NCBI GenBank assembly: GCA_951406725.2
Contig: OX597819.1
Location: forward strand, 110,360,001 to 110,424,000
Source of the DNA: Octopus vulgaris
Taxonomy: Eukaryota
Reading direction: 5' to 3'
DNA: 64,000 nucleotides
Numbering within the stretch: position 1 is the first letter of the stretch; each line of letters opens with the position of its first letter. Below the pieces are notes generated by a model. That model was not told the DNA's origin, did no database searches, and saw only the letters and a list, made by a program, of their open reading frames with translations. The position numbers and the translations under genes were made by a program. This document shows positions 26,576 through 42,779 of this stretch, piece by piece.

Positions 26576-26913
<338 letters not shown>

Positions 26914-27353
26914 CATATGTGTGTGTATGTGTGTGTGTGTGTGTGTGGTGTGTATGCATATATATAATATATATATATGTTAATATTTATATATACATAT
27001 AAATACGTACAAACATACATATATATAAGTATATACACGCGTGTTACACGCATACGTGCAAACGCGTTTTATCAAATAATTTCAATGTTTTTTAATGATG
27101 TGTACGTGTGTATGTGTATATGTGTGCGTTTGCGTGCGAGCCATTCCAAGTTATACCCACAGTCTATGAGTTACTGAATATATTATATATATATACATAC
27201 ATACATAAATACATACGTACATACATACATACATACATACATACATACATACATACATACATACATACATACACACACAGACAATTGCATGCACACACCT
27301 GCAATAATATACGTATATAAATGCGTTCACATCTATACATATATATCAGTGCT

Positions 27354-27444
<91 letters not shown>

Positions 27445-27781
27445 TACTGATGGAAATCGCGAACACTAACACTATATGGATTCCAGTCAGATAAATTTAT
27501 TTTCCCCTCCCTGGACCCTTAACATAATCACACACAGTACTTATGTACGGTTATTATGCCTGTGGTTTACGTAGGAAGTACTCATATCAGTACACCTTTG
27601 ACATGCCAACCCGCTGCAATTTCATCCCAGTAAACAGCCAGATATCTGATCGTCTAAGACAACACCAATCGACTTATTACTTAATCGAAGACAAATGCAA
27701 GGGACATAACTCAACATATGCTGATGTATTACCCCGAAATCAATTTTACTTGAGGATTACGTAAATAAAGAATTTCCTAAC

Positions 27782-27866
<85 letters not shown>

Positions 27867-27883
27867 TAATAATAATGATGATG

Positions 27884-28001
<118 letters not shown>

Positions 28002-28218
28002 TGATAATAATATAGTCATTGTTTTTGTTGATGTTTTTTTTATAATGGACAGGTTTAATTCGATGGTTTTTAAAGTATCCTATTTAATTAATATTTACTG
28101 CATAGTTTATTTTAAAATATGAAACGCATTCTATAGAAATATATTGTAGTGCTAAATTTCAAAGTATTGAAAATGTGTATAGCTATGTACGTTGAAAATG
28201 AAAATGAGCATATATATA

Positions 28219-28363
<145 letters not shown>

Positions 28364-28567
28364 ACACATATATACATATATATAAATATAACTAAGGGTT
28401 TAGAAACAAGTTCCTAGATATATTGTTATATTTATATATAAAAAAAAACGTTTTGTATAAGATTTTACCGAATATGGTCCTTTTCCATACCGAAAAACTA
28501 CTTGGTGAAATTTGTTTATTTTATTAAATTAATAATTTTCACCCTATATCTTTAAACTTAGATAATG

Positions 28568-28679
<112 letters not shown>

Positions 28680-28824
28680 CATATACGTACATACACACAC
28701 ACACACATATATATATACGTAAGCGAAGGGGTGTTTGTGTGTGCATGTGTGTATGTATATACGTATGTATATATATATATAAATATACCCATACATATAT
28801 ATATATACATACCAATATACATAT

Positions 28825-28855
<31 letters not shown>

Positions 28856-29054
28856 CATTCATACATACATCTATTTGTCAATCTGTCTATCTATCTCTCT
28901 CTTTCTATCTATATGTCTTGCTAGCCAGATATATAGATAGAAAGAGAAAGATTGATAGGCAGATAGACAAATGGATATTCAAAGCTATACACCTACATAC
29001 ATATGTGGGTATATATGTGTGCGTGTATGTGAAGGAAATCTATCTATATATATA

Positions 29055-29102
<48 letters not shown>

Positions 29103-29516
29103 CGTAAATGACAGAAATAGTTTGATAAAATTTAATTTAAAAATAAGAAAATTCTGAGTACTACCAGATTACTTGAATCCAGAATATTGTTGCTTAAATT
29201 TATATGCATGTATGTATGTATGTATGTATGTATGTATGTATGTATGTATGTATGTATGTATGTATGTATGTATGTATGTATGTATGTATGTATGTATGCA
29301 TGTATGTATGTATGTATGTATGCTTTTGGGCTAATTTCACCATTTCTACGAAGATTAAAGATTTTCGATTCTTATTGGAATCTCATCATAGGCGTCTACG
29401 TCAAGACACACACACACACAAATACATACATGCATACATATACACATACGTATGTATGTAGGTATAATATGTATATGCCTGTGTATGTACATATATATGA
29501 CTAGATATGTACATAC

Positions 29517-29588
<72 letters not shown>

Positions 29589-29604
29589 GAGATATATATA
29601 TATA

Positions 29605-29805
29605 CTTTATTTAAAGCAGCAGAAAATTCAACAAAACCCGTTACTCTGAGTTTCCCGTTAACTGTCCGATGAACAGCAACGGAAAACTCAGAGTAACAGG
29701 TTTTGTTGAATTTTCTGCTGCTTTAAATAAAGCATATTACTCTACCACTGGTATTTGAGTACTCTTTTTTCCACCTTGTTTCACATTTATGTGTTTACTC
29801 CGGTA
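29605..29805 (+). mobile_element. Penelope-like pLTR with inverted duplication around a decayed HHR, in (TA)n
   Basis: 29605-29659 pairs with 29678-29732; CTGT-CCGATGA...GAAA-ACTCAGAGT-A-ACAG. Confidence 0.75.
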
Positions 29806-30062
29806 TATGTATGTATATATATATACATATATATATATGTACATACTCACAAACACACACGTGTGTGTGTGCCTGTGTATGAGATATAATGAATAGAATT
29901 GATTTTTCTTTTAATTTTTCCACTTTAGATGTTTATAGGATATTAGGTGTTACAAGAAGAGACATTTCTATTCATATTTTGAAATACATACTACTGCTCC
30001 AAGAACTTTGTATTTCTTATTTTACTTTACACACACACACTCTCTCTCTCTCTCTCTCTCTG

Positions 30063-30145
<83 letters not shown>

Positions 30146-30202
30146 CCCACATGCATACACACACATATATTTATATATACATACATTCGTACATGCATAC
30201 AT

Positions 30203-30264
<62 letters not shown>

Positions 30265-30765
30265 TTGCTATTATGCAAAAGTGTCGTAAGTCGAAAAAGC
30301 GTTGCTTTTTCTGAAACCGAAATATTAGTTTCACCCTTCCATTTCTTTTTACATGAGCAACAGTTTCGGCATAACATTGATACTCTATAGGGTGCATAAA
30401 ATCTTAACTCCATGCATGTTTGATATTTTTACCCAGAAATATGTTTGCAAAATTGTCGCATGTGGGATTTCCTACACTTTTGAAAAATGCTAAAGCGTTA
30501 TATTAGACTTCTATAATTTTCATATCTTGGCATCTGAAGCAGCTGGAGTTACGATAGTTTGACCAAAAGAACCGGCTATTACAAGCAAAACTGAATACTG
30601 AAAAAAAAAACTCATTTGTCCAAATTAGGACATACGACAGTTTAACATAATAGCAAAGATATGGAATCTGACATACACAGATATAAACATATATATACAT
30701 GCATACACACATACACGACACAGACACACACACACACACACACAATGTTATACAGATATATATAC

Positions 30766-30812
<47 letters not shown>

Positions 30813-30924
30813 ATATATATATACACGCACCCGCTTGTGTGTATCTTTTATCGTGTTTCGGTCGTTTAGACTGCGACCATGCTGGGGCACCGCCTTGAAG
30901 AAGTTAGTCGAGCGATATATGTAT

Positions 30925-30992
<68 letters not shown>

Positions 30993-31077
30993 GTATGTAT
31001 ATATATATATGTATGTATGTATATATATATGTATGTATGTATATATATATGTATGTATGTATGTATATATGTATGTA

Positions 31078-31130
<53 letters not shown>

Positions 31131-31494
31131 AATATATGTATATGCATACATACATGCAAATATACATACATACACACGTACCTAAATGCATTCAAGCATG
31201 CGCAGATTCCATTTATTAAATTCCACTGACAATTTTTAGTACTGCACCGTATACCATAGTAAGGTAAACCCGAAACCATGACTGTGTGCCGCGAACTAAT
31301 ATTGAAACCACAACCATTAGATATGATGAGCACTTGAGGAAACAAACTGACGGACTCACACACACATATATACAAAACCATAAACATACCAACGTGCTCA
31401 CATCTGCTTTGATATGTATATAAGTATTCACATTATAAATTTATACTGCCATATGAAAATATGTACGCTCATATATGCAGGCATACATTGGCAC

Positions 31495-32050
31495 TTGTAT
31501 GTATGTATAATATGTATGTATGGATGGATGGATGGATGGATGGATGGATGGATGGATGGATGGATGGATGTACGTATGTATGTGTGTATGTGTGTATGTA
31601 TGTATGTATGTATGTATGTATGTATGTATGTATGTATGTGTATGTACGTACGTATGTATGTATGTATGTATGTATGTATGTATGTATGTATGTATGTATG
31701 TATGTATATATGTATGTATGTGTGTATGTGTGTATGTACGTATGTATGTGTGTATGTATGTATGTATGTATATATGTATGTATGTGTGTATGTGTGTATG
31801 TACGTATGTATGTGTGTATGTATGTATGCATGTATGTATTTATTTATGGATGTACGTAAGTATCTATGTATTTATGTATGCATGTATGTATGTGTGTATG
31901 TATGTATGTATGTATGTATGTGTGTGTATGTATGTATGTATGTATGTATGTATGTATGTATGTATGTGTATGTATGTATGTATGTATGTATGTGTGTATG
32001 TATGTATGTATGTATGTATGTATGTATGTATGTATGTGTGTATATGTATG
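31495..32050. repeat. Long (TATG)n/(TGGA)n microsatellite, representative of dozens of (TA)n, (CA)n, (TATG)n and (GATA)n tracts
   Basis: Seen directly. Confidence 0.95.
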
Positions 32051-32959
32051 AATGTAAACACACGTACAAAAAAAGGAAAAGAAAGCTGTGTGTGTGTATG
32101 TGTGTTGGCGTATAAGCGCGTGGTGGTGGTGTTGGTGGTGGTGGTGGTGGTGGTGGTGGGGCGTAGGGAGCATGATAAAAGGGAGCAAACGTGACATTTG
32201 GCGGTATTTGGGCCCCTTTACTCTGTGAAGGGTTTTATGTGAGTAATCACTTCTCGCGTTGTCCTCTTCGTAATACAACAACCCTGATTTGACTGTAGTG
32301 GTGGAGGGTTCGAGACTCACGAACTTCGCTTGCCACGTCACAGTGTTTGTTTTTTTTTTGTTGTCAATGTTATTTTTGTTTATTGTTGTTCTTGGTTGTT
32401 ACTGGCCATTGTTGTTGTTGTTGTTGTTGTTGTTGCTGTTGTTGTTTGTGGTGATGATGGAACATAATGTTGTCTGGCATCGCATCTCGTCGTGATGTAA
32501 TGAGGTTCTGCTTTTGGTAATGGCGATAGTGTGGTGCACCTGATTACAGGGTGATCAATGTTGCAGTTGTGATGGTTGCGCTGTTGTCGTTGTTGCTGTT
32601 GCTGTTGTTGTTATTGTTGATGCTGCTGTTGTTGTTGTTGGTGGTGATCGTTGCAATTTTGGTGCTGTAGTAATAGTGTCGCATTGGTGGACGATGGAAT
32701 TGTTGGCAGGCTTCCATTTGACCCAAAGATTTGATGGAGCACACCTATTATCAAAAGCATTGTTTAGTCACCAAGTTGTGACTATTTTTAGGGGAGGGAG
32801 AAATTTCGCTGCTATTTCTTGCAGGTCGAGTAACCAAGTAAAGGTTTATTATATTGTTGGTTCACATTGATTGCGGTATAAGAAGGGGGGAGGTGTATTG
32901 CTAGTAGTGGAGGAAGAGGTGGTGTTGACTACACACACACAAACACGCATACACACATG

Positions 32960-33751
32960 TCTGAGAGCCTCCTGTTTTTAATGATATCTCTTCGGACATT
33001 CCCTAACTTGAACCTTGAAGTAGGATTTTGTTGTCTCCATAATTGATAGTCCTTTTTGTCGCGTTATCGTCTGATGGTGTGACTACCGCCGTGTAGTATG
33101 CTTTCATTACTAGTTTATACTCTTCCCGATTCCATTTAGTTCTAGGGCTTTTGCGTTTAGTATGGTTTAGTATGGTTTACATCGGTGGAGGTCAGGTTGA
33201 GGTTTTCCTCGGTTAATTTGCCCACAGTTGTCCGGGAGTGGGTAGAGTTCGAATCAGTAACCAGCTTTTCGCTCCCAGCCTGACTCCTCACTAGGGGGCA
33301 CGTTCCTTGTAGTACCGCGGGACGAGCGATGTGGTATGGGTTGTTTTTATTGACTTTATCCATTATTGGCTAACTTCTGGGTATATTCATGGTGATTGGC
33401 CACATACTCTTTGAGTACCTGAGTGTGCCCTGTGCGTATCACACACATTGCCGGTTCCGCCTTCAAGGCCGTTGTCCATCTGACTCTATGGGTCATCCGC
33501 CCTCTCCGCCGTTTCAGACTTCATGCACTTAAGGGAAGGTATCCCTTCAGCTATAACGGCAGTCTAACTGCCATTGCCCCTCACTTAGTTCAGTACCACT
33601 GTCGAGTGGCGGTCTCGGTGCATGACCGCCGGCGTGCACAACCGGCTACTTGGAGTCATAAGTGAGAGTTGAGTTTTTGCTGTAAACTAGTGACCATCAT
33701 TCATGCTCGCGACAGATGATGAACAGAAGTGCTATCACTAACAAATACCCC
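32960..33751 (-). mobile_element. 5' end (UTR and ORF start) of a Dong/R4-clade element starting at (TAA)n
   Basis: Minus frame RKSPRTKWNREEYKLVMKAYY resembles the R4-clade N-terminal KW..E....M..YY motif; the 5' end abuts (AAT)n at 33752. Confidence 0.65.
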
Positions 33752-33765
33752 TATTATTATTATTA

Positions 33766-33864
<99 letters not shown>

Positions 33865-33887
33865 CCATTATTATTATTATTATCATT

Positions 33888-33964
<77 letters not shown>

Positions 33965-33977
33965 CATTACTATTTAA

Positions 33978-34344
33978 AGCTGTGAGCTGGCAGAATCGTT
34001 ACCACACCGGGCGAAATGCTTAGCGGTATTTCGTCTGCCGCTACGTTCTGAGTTGAAATTCCGCTGAGGTCGACTTTGCCTTTCATCCTTTCGGGGTCGA
34101 TTAAATAAGTACCAGTTACGCACTGGGGTCGATATAATCGACTTAATCCGTTTGTCTGTCCTTGTTTGTCCTTTCTGTGTTTAGCCCCTTGTGGGTAGTA
34201 AAGAAATAGGTATTTCTTCTGCCGCTACGTTCTGAGTTCAAATTCCGTCGAGGTCGACTTTGCCTTTCATCCTTTCAGGGTCGATAAATTAAGTACCAAT
34301 CGCGTATTGGGGTCGATCTAATCGACTGGCCCACTCCCCCAAAA

Positions 34345-34348
<4 letters not shown>
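33978..34348 (+). mobile_element. SINE family A dimer between (ATT)n tracts
   Basis: TGGCAGAATCG and GAGTT(G/C)AAATT boxes; junction AAAGAAATAG|GTATTTC at about 34209. Confidence 0.9.
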
Positions 34349-34443
<95 letters not shown>

Positions 34444-34671
34444 TTAAAAAGAGGTTTGATTCCGCCCCACGGAACTAAAAGTTTCGTAGGCTCGATACTA
34501 AATGTCTTCAGTACCTTTTTCCTACGTTTCTCCACTCATTCGTGCACACACACAGCTCACACATACACACACAACATACACACACCCAACGCACATACAC
34601 ACACACACATATTGATTGATAGACAGAGACACAAACTAATAGATAGATAGATGGATAGATAGGTAGGTAGG

Positions 34672-34728
<57 letters not shown>

Positions 34729-34729
<1 letters not shown>

Positions 34730-36176
34730 TGTTTCTTTATTAGCCACACAGGGCTGCACACAGATAGAACAAATTACAAGGTAGAGCTTTTCTTTTGAAG
34801 GTTTAAAAAAAAAAAAAAAAGGAAGGGAGAGTTTCGATCAAAAGGGATCGTAAAAGGAGAGAAAGGGGACAAAAAAAGGGGGGTTAAAAAAAAAGGGGGA
34901 GAGGAAAAAAAAAAATTGATCAATAGGGATCGTTATCACAGAAATGTCAATATGAAGTGTAAAGGGGAGGACAGGTGAGGTTTACCCGTGGAAAGAAAAG
35001 CCTACGGAAAAGACCACGGTAACCTCGGTCAATGGAGTCACATGTTATATTTCTTTTTTTTTTTTTTTGCAAATAAGCAACTCTCTGTTTTCAATTTCTG
35101 GGTTCATAGGATCATGCTCAAGGTGGCTTCGTCATTCATACGTGCCATTCTTGCTACATTCACCCATCTTTTTTTAAAACATTCGCTAGACAAAACTTGC
35201 CTCTCTACTCTCACTTTCCTTTTCAAGTGGTACTTGAAGAAGTTGATGAGAGATTGACCAGAGAGGAAAGTGTTTGTCTCCAATCCTTTCAGACGCGTCC
35301 ACCAGATACATTCTTTCGCCATAGCCACAAGGATGATGAAAATAGCTCTTCCTTCCCGTTTGAAGGAGGGAGGCGTGACAATATTAACGATAGACTCAGC
35401 TGATAAACCGACTCGTCCCACACGTGACAGCAGTTGTTCGACACAAGCCCACAGGTCGGAAATTGTTGGACACTGCACGAGTGCGTGCAGAACGGTTTCG
35501 TCGCTCTGACCGCATCTCGGGCAGGTCGGCCCCGTGTTTCTCGAGCCGTGTCTGTAGAGCTTATCCCGAACGGGTAGCGCTTCTCGGTAGCACTGCCAGG
35601 CCAGGGATCTCTGGAAGTTGTCCATGGGCCCTGGCCCGAAAGTCGTCCTGAACAGGCGGGTCAGGTACTCCTCGTCGACGTCCAGGTTCGCCCCGAGCTC
35701 GCCATCGTACCTCCCTCCACTAAACCCCTATAGAATGCTTTGGTTGTGTTGAAGTCACTCAAGGTCGACCCAGGACGGCAGAGTTGCTTGAGAGCAACGC
35801 GACATTCGCGGTGCCATTCGCCCTTCTTCGGCCTCTTTTTGATCCACGACTGCAGTTCGGTCATGGAGACGAGCTGCGGGAAAGCGTGCCTCACAAACGG
35901 CGACCACACCTGTTCACCGTCGTCTACATAGAGCCAGAGATGTCGCAGTCTCAGCGCGTGTCTGCGCATCATCAACCACGGCATGCCCAGCCCTCTTTTT
36001 AACGGGTGTTGACAGCAAATGGATCGCCTGACCATCGGGACGCATCCTTTCCACAAGAAGCGAAAGAGAATGCGTTGTAGTTTGGTGATGTTAGGGTCGG
36101 GACAAGGTACGACGGTCAGGCGGTAGTAGATGACGGACGCGATGTACGTGTTCGCTACCTCCGCCCGACCTTTTAG
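34729..36176 (-). mobile_element. Tx1/L1-clade LINE, 5'-truncated, inserted in (GATA)n
   Basis: LKGRAEVANTYIASVIYYRL..FRFLWKG..KRGLGMP and zf-RVT-like WQCYREALPV..CPRCGQSDETVLHALVQCP; AATAAAGAAACAT terminus; (GATA)n on both flanks. Confidence 0.92.
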
Positions 36177-37249
36177 ATAGATAGATCGATAGACAGATAG
36201 ATAGATAGATAGATAGCCAGACAGATAGATACAATTAGCATCGCAGGAAATGTCTTATTTTATTTGTGCAGATAATCAGCATTCTGAGTTTAAGTATCAC
36301 TAAAATCAGATTTACCATTCTTCCTATCTGAGTCAATATCTAAACTACCAGTCAATCGCCTTTTTTCTCCAAAGTATCCAGCTATCTCAGGCCCTCTCTC
36401 TCGCTTTTCACATATTTGTGAATGTATAGGATACATTTCTGCCGCATGACTGGTAATTTTGGAAGTAGACTTCTGATACAATGAGGATATAAGGCGTTCA
36501 TGCAATAATTATAATTTAACTATTATTAACTTTGGCGTCTCAATGCTTTCATTTTCTTCCTTGCGCTTTTTTTTTCGCTCAGTTTCTTCTATTTTGTAAA
36601 TTTCATGAAACAATCTATCGAAAACACTTTACACAAACACTTGAATGACGTTCGTTTCAATCAATAATATGGTCCAAGCATTGTAAAGATGCTGTGCTTG
36701 TTTAGCGAAGGTATTTAAGCTGTTAGATTTTTTAAATTGTTAATGAAACAATAATTTCTATTGAAAAGCAAATTACAATTGAAAGAAGGATAAAATATTT
36801 ACTAGTATTATATTCTTGTTGATTTTTCTTGTTCCGTATTCGACAATCGAAAAATTTTGCATTCTATATATCAGCATAAGAGCAAGCGTGGCTGTATGGT
36901 AAGAAGTTTGTTTTCTAACAACATAGTTCCGGGTTCAGTCCTCATCACGGCACCTTAGGCGAGCGTCTTTAACTGTAGCCTCAGGTCAACCAAAGCCTTA
37001 TGAATGGATGTGATAGAGACAGAAACTGAAAGAAACACGTCGTGTATATGTGTGCATGTATATACATATATATACGTGTGTGTGTGTGTGTGTACGCACG
37101 CACGTGTATGTGTATATATATGTATGTAAGGACATATGTATATATCTATGTATCTAAATGTATGTGTTATGTATGTATGTAGTATGTATGTATGTATGTA
37201 TGTATGTATGTATGTATGTATGTATATGTAAATATATATATATATATAG

Positions 37250-37570
37250 GTGCAGGAGTGGCTGTGTGGTAAGTAGCTTGCTTAACAACCACATTGTTCC
37301 GGGTTCAGTCCCACTGCGTGGCACCTTGAGCAAGTGTCTTCTACTATAGCCTCGGGCCAACCAAAACCTTGTGAGTGAATTTGGTAGACGGAAACTGAAA
37401 GAAGCCCGTCGTATATATATATATCTGTTTGTGTCCCTGTGTTTGTTCCCCTACCATTGCTTGATAATCGATGTTGGTGTGTTTACGCCTCCATAACTTA
37501 GCGGTTCGGCTTACAAAGAAAAAGCCCTGGGGTCGATTTGTTCGACTTAAGACGGTGCTCCAGCATGGCA
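37250..37570 (+). mobile_element. SINE family B with intact tRNA-like head
   Basis: TGGCTGTGTGG A-box, GGTTCAGTCCC B-box, GGCACCTTGAGCAAGTG; further partial copies near 7230, 11245, 30845, 36880, 47570, 51595, 55115 and 58955. Confidence 0.88.
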
Positions 37571-37846
37571 TGCGTGTGTGCGCGTGCGTCTCTTTGTGCA
37601 TGTGTTTATCCCCCAACACCGCTTGACAACCGATTTTGGTGTGTCTACGTCTCCATAACTTGGCGGCTCGGCAAAAGAGACCAATGGAGTAAACACCGGA
37701 GAAGATGAAAGAGGATATCGTCTGCTCTTAAAGTCGTCCTTTTTTCCTTCAGTCATACGACACCCTCACTCCGACTCCTTCTGTCATCGCTTATCGGAAT
37801 CCCGGAATGACAGCAAAAATTCTAAAGTGTGGTGTTTTATTGATGA

Positions 37847-38219
37847 CTAGCAGTATCGCCCGGCGTTGCTCAGGTTTGTAAGGGAAATAACTATAAAGCA
37901 TTTTTAGAGAGTTATAGCCAAAAAATGGAAAAATATATGGTAATTTTTTTTTGAGAGTTAAAAAAGGATGGAGTTGCGTCCCCTAGACAGTTTGTGGTTC
38001 GTGTTTCTGATTCTCGACCCCATGTCGAATTTATCGATTTTTTTCAGAACTGGCGGAACTTTTCAAAATTTTGGCTGCGTTAGTTTTGAATTATGACGTT
38101 GGGCTATGTGTGTGTCAAGTTTCATCAGAATCGGTTGAAAGCCGTGGTCAGGGTGAGGGTACAAGCAAACAGACACACAGAAACACGCACAGACAAACTG
38201 CCGTTTATATATAGAGAGA
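37847..38219 (-). mobile_element. Non-autonomous Helitron
   Basis: Minus strand starts A|TC and ends with hairpin CCTGAGCAACGCCGGG then CTAG|T; no TSD. Confidence 0.8.
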
Positions 38220-38363
38220 TAAAATATTCTTTAAAATAGTAATTACGTAAGTCAGCTTAAAAAAGCTTGGAAATCACAGTTATTATTTAAGCTACACGTA
38301 TGGAATCCACGAATGTCAACAAAAATCCAAGATCAAATTTGTATATTATTGACAAGCTATCTG

Positions 38364-39766
<1,403 letters not shown>

Positions 39767-40089
39767 ATCTATCAATCTATCTATCTTTTGTTTTCAGTTG
39801 ATTTTACTTTTAAATCATAAACTTTGAAATAAAGTGAAAATGTATTTTCCCCAAAAATGTCTATATTAAGCAATGCCCTCTATATGTTTGCTATCCAAAT
39901 TTTGTTTTAAATCGTTACTCTGTCACACACCAACCCACAGCTTTCTTTTCACATATACTTGTATATTTATAACTTCTCTGCCATATCCTCCTCCTCCTTT
40001 TCCTCCCCCTCCTCCTCCCTTGTTTTTTTTTCTCTCACTTTGAGTGTGTCGTTCTCTTACTCACTGCCTCCCGCCAATCACTGCATCTA

Positions 40090-40313
40090 CAGAAATTCCT
40101 CCGCTATCGCGGGAGTTACGTTCCAAAACCCCACGCATTTTGGTGAAAATCCGCAAAGTAGAAACTGTACTGTATGTATATATATATATATATATATTAA
40201 TGATTTGTATATGTTTATTTTATAATAAATGCAAAACAACTCAATAGAGGAATCGACGTAAGCTTAAAAGATAAACCGCGATAGGCGAACCACGATATGG
40301 TGAGGGATTACTG
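40090..40313. mobile_element. pogo/Tigger-like MITE
   Basis: TA|CAGAAATTCCTCCGCTATCGCGG...CCACGATATGGTGAGGGATTACTG|TA. Confidence 0.7.
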
Positions 40314-40416
40314 TATTATGTTAACTTTCTCTGTATATCTCTCTTTCTACCACTCCTCTCTATATGATGTAAAGCGTCAATGGAGAATTCAATCAATCTA
40401 TTAAGCAACGTTTATA

Positions 40417-40980
40417 TTGGGTTGTCCGGAAAGTTCATGCCGATTTATAGTAGCTTACCTTTCGACTTATTTTAGAACATGGTTGGGTCCATAAAATAGG
40501 ATTTGACTACACCTCCATTTAGAGCACAGCTTGAGCTATCTTTTCGTGGATGGAGGCTTATGTTCCTTATAACCTGTGTTAATTTTGTAACCCTTTAAAA
40601 TTGAAGATAAGAAAGTTCATTTTCGGCACTTGATGATTTGGGAACCAGACAAAAATTGCTGCAGCTCGACTGGCATGTGTTACTCCACCCTCCATATTCA
40701 CCAGATATTGTTCCTTCAAATTTCCACTTATTCAGGTCTCTCCAGAATAGACTTAATGGTAAAAATTTAAATTCCTTTGGATGACATAAAAAGATACCTT
40801 GATGAATTCTTTGCCATGAAACCACCCCAATTCTGGGAAGAGGGTATTTTGAAGTTAAAGGAAAGATGGAGACACATTGTGCAACAAAATGGGTCCTATT
40901 TGGTTGATTAAAAATGTAATGGCAAGTATTTATTGACCGTTTTCTTTCCTTTAATAATCAGCACGAACTTTCCTGACAAC

Positions 40981-40984
<4 letters not shown>
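40417..40984 (+). mobile_element. Non-autonomous mariner deletion derivative, copy 2
   Basis: Colinear with 23869-24433, with the same deletion junction (TTTGGGAACCAGACAAAAA), TIRs and TA TSD. Confidence 0.9.
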
Positions 40985-41057
<73 letters not shown>

Positions 41058-41149
41058 TATTCTTATGTAGAAATGCTACGAAAAAGTTGCACTTAATATA
41101 TTTGGTTAGAGTTACATGTAATTGATAACAGTTTGACTTTGCTCCACAT

Positions 41150-41235
41150 GACTCAAAGTTTCTCATAAGACATCAGATTTTCAATCTCTACCTCTGAGGA
41201 AGTAGAGATTTATTACGTCCACGAAACTTTAAGTG
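41150..41235 (+). ncRNA. Decayed HHR motif within an inverted duplication
   Basis: CTGAGGA-A-GTAGA..TCCAC-GAAAC-TTTAA-GT; AATCTCTAC/GTAGAGATT and ACTCAAAGTTTC/GAAACTTTAAGT inverted pairs. Confidence 0.55.
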
Positions 41236-41761
41236 ATGCGCGCATATCTATATGCACACATATGTGAATGTGTTTGCGCGTGTGCATGCGCGCGCGCGCG
41301 TGTAAGAAAAATTCAGGAGATATGAGAGGTAAATATATATTTATTTAACCACTTGACATCCTTAGGGTTACTGCCGTTCCGGAACCTTCTTCATACAATA
41401 GTCATTTCAGATTGGAAGAAATTATCTGCGTTAATATGCTTGGCCGGATTTATACAGTGCAATTCTGTAGTCACATATCAATGTAAATAGAGAAAGCTAG
41501 CTCAACTCTAATATGTATGTGTGCATCTGTATATGTATATATATATATATATATATGAATGTTATAATTTTTACAGTGGCAGTACCGTGTATTAATATTT
41601 ATTCCCAAACTAACGTGCCAGTCTAGAGAAATAGGGCGAATGCTGCTATTGATTAGCTTATTTTTAGTGTAATTATTATTGAAAGCCTTACATTTACTTT
41701 TAGAATAATAATAGGGGATTAAATAAGGGTTATCTCCCTTCCTCCGCTTAGTATTGGTGCA

Positions 41762-42163
41762 TCAATTAAACTTGTTATCGATAATTCCTTTACAACTAGA
41801 TTTCATATCTAAATTATTGAAGTTAGGATAAGACTGAATAGAATGAATGTAGAAAATTTTCTCTGTATAACCTGCTTTAAGTAAGGCAGAGTTATAAAAT
41901 TCAGCGTTATCATTGAAAATGCCAACATTAGCAGATAACTTAGATAATCCAAATGAAATATTCTTAACTAACTTCCTAGTAATTGCCCTAGAATGATTAC
42001 TAAATTTGCTAATGTACTTAAGATTGGTCAATGGTTTATGATATGGGAAGGAAGAGTTATTGTGTAAGTTAAGCGTAATATCTAAAAAGTTGGCCTTCGT
42101 CATATCATCATCAAAAACGATGCTTAAACCCATTCTGCGGAAAGTTTTTACCTTTAAAAACAA
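41762..42163 (-). pseudogene. Penelope-like element reverse transcriptase fragment (palm/thumb)
   Basis: GLSI..NFLDITLNL..PYHKP..LKYISKFSNH..ISFGLSKLS..IF..FYNSALLKAGY is the characteristic PLE RT C-terminal pattern. Confidence 0.88.
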
Positions 42164-42779
42164 GGAGTTACAACCTCTTTATATGTGTGATTTTTTGCTA
42201 CCCTGGTAACAAGGGAAAATACACTCAAATACCTTACTAGGGCAAAAACGACCTGTCTCCAACATGCTTGAAGTGCTGTAATTTAATGTATTAATTGTCT
42301 ATAAATTTTTATAGCATGCTCACTACTTGATAAAGATCATTAACGTGATTTTTATCCTTATATTCTTTTATGAATTTATAAATATAGGAATACAAAAATA
42401 TGTATAATACATATACGCATATGGCATGCAGATATAACTCTTGTTGGTTATGGATTTTGAATAAATGGATCTAGCACTACATCTGAATATTTTTAAGAGA
42501 ATATAAGAGCGGCGAGCTGTCACGCTCTGAGTTCAAATTCCGTCGAAGTCGACTTTGCTTTTCATCGATAAAATAAGTAGCAGTTGAGTACTGGGGTTGA
42601 TATAAATTACTTACTCTCTCCCCCGGAAATGGCCTTGTGCTAAAATTTGAAGGCAGTATTTAAAGATAATATGGTATGATTTTGAAGGTGCGATATGGCT
42701 TCTATTTCTAGCAGGTCGTGTGACAACGAAGAGTTAAAAAGCTAGAAAATGTAATGCTCAAAACCAATACTCCCATCAT

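Noticed and set aside
37250-37325. tRNA gene
   Set aside because: A and B boxes are present but there is no full cloverleaf, and it continues into a SINE body; the same holds for family A heads
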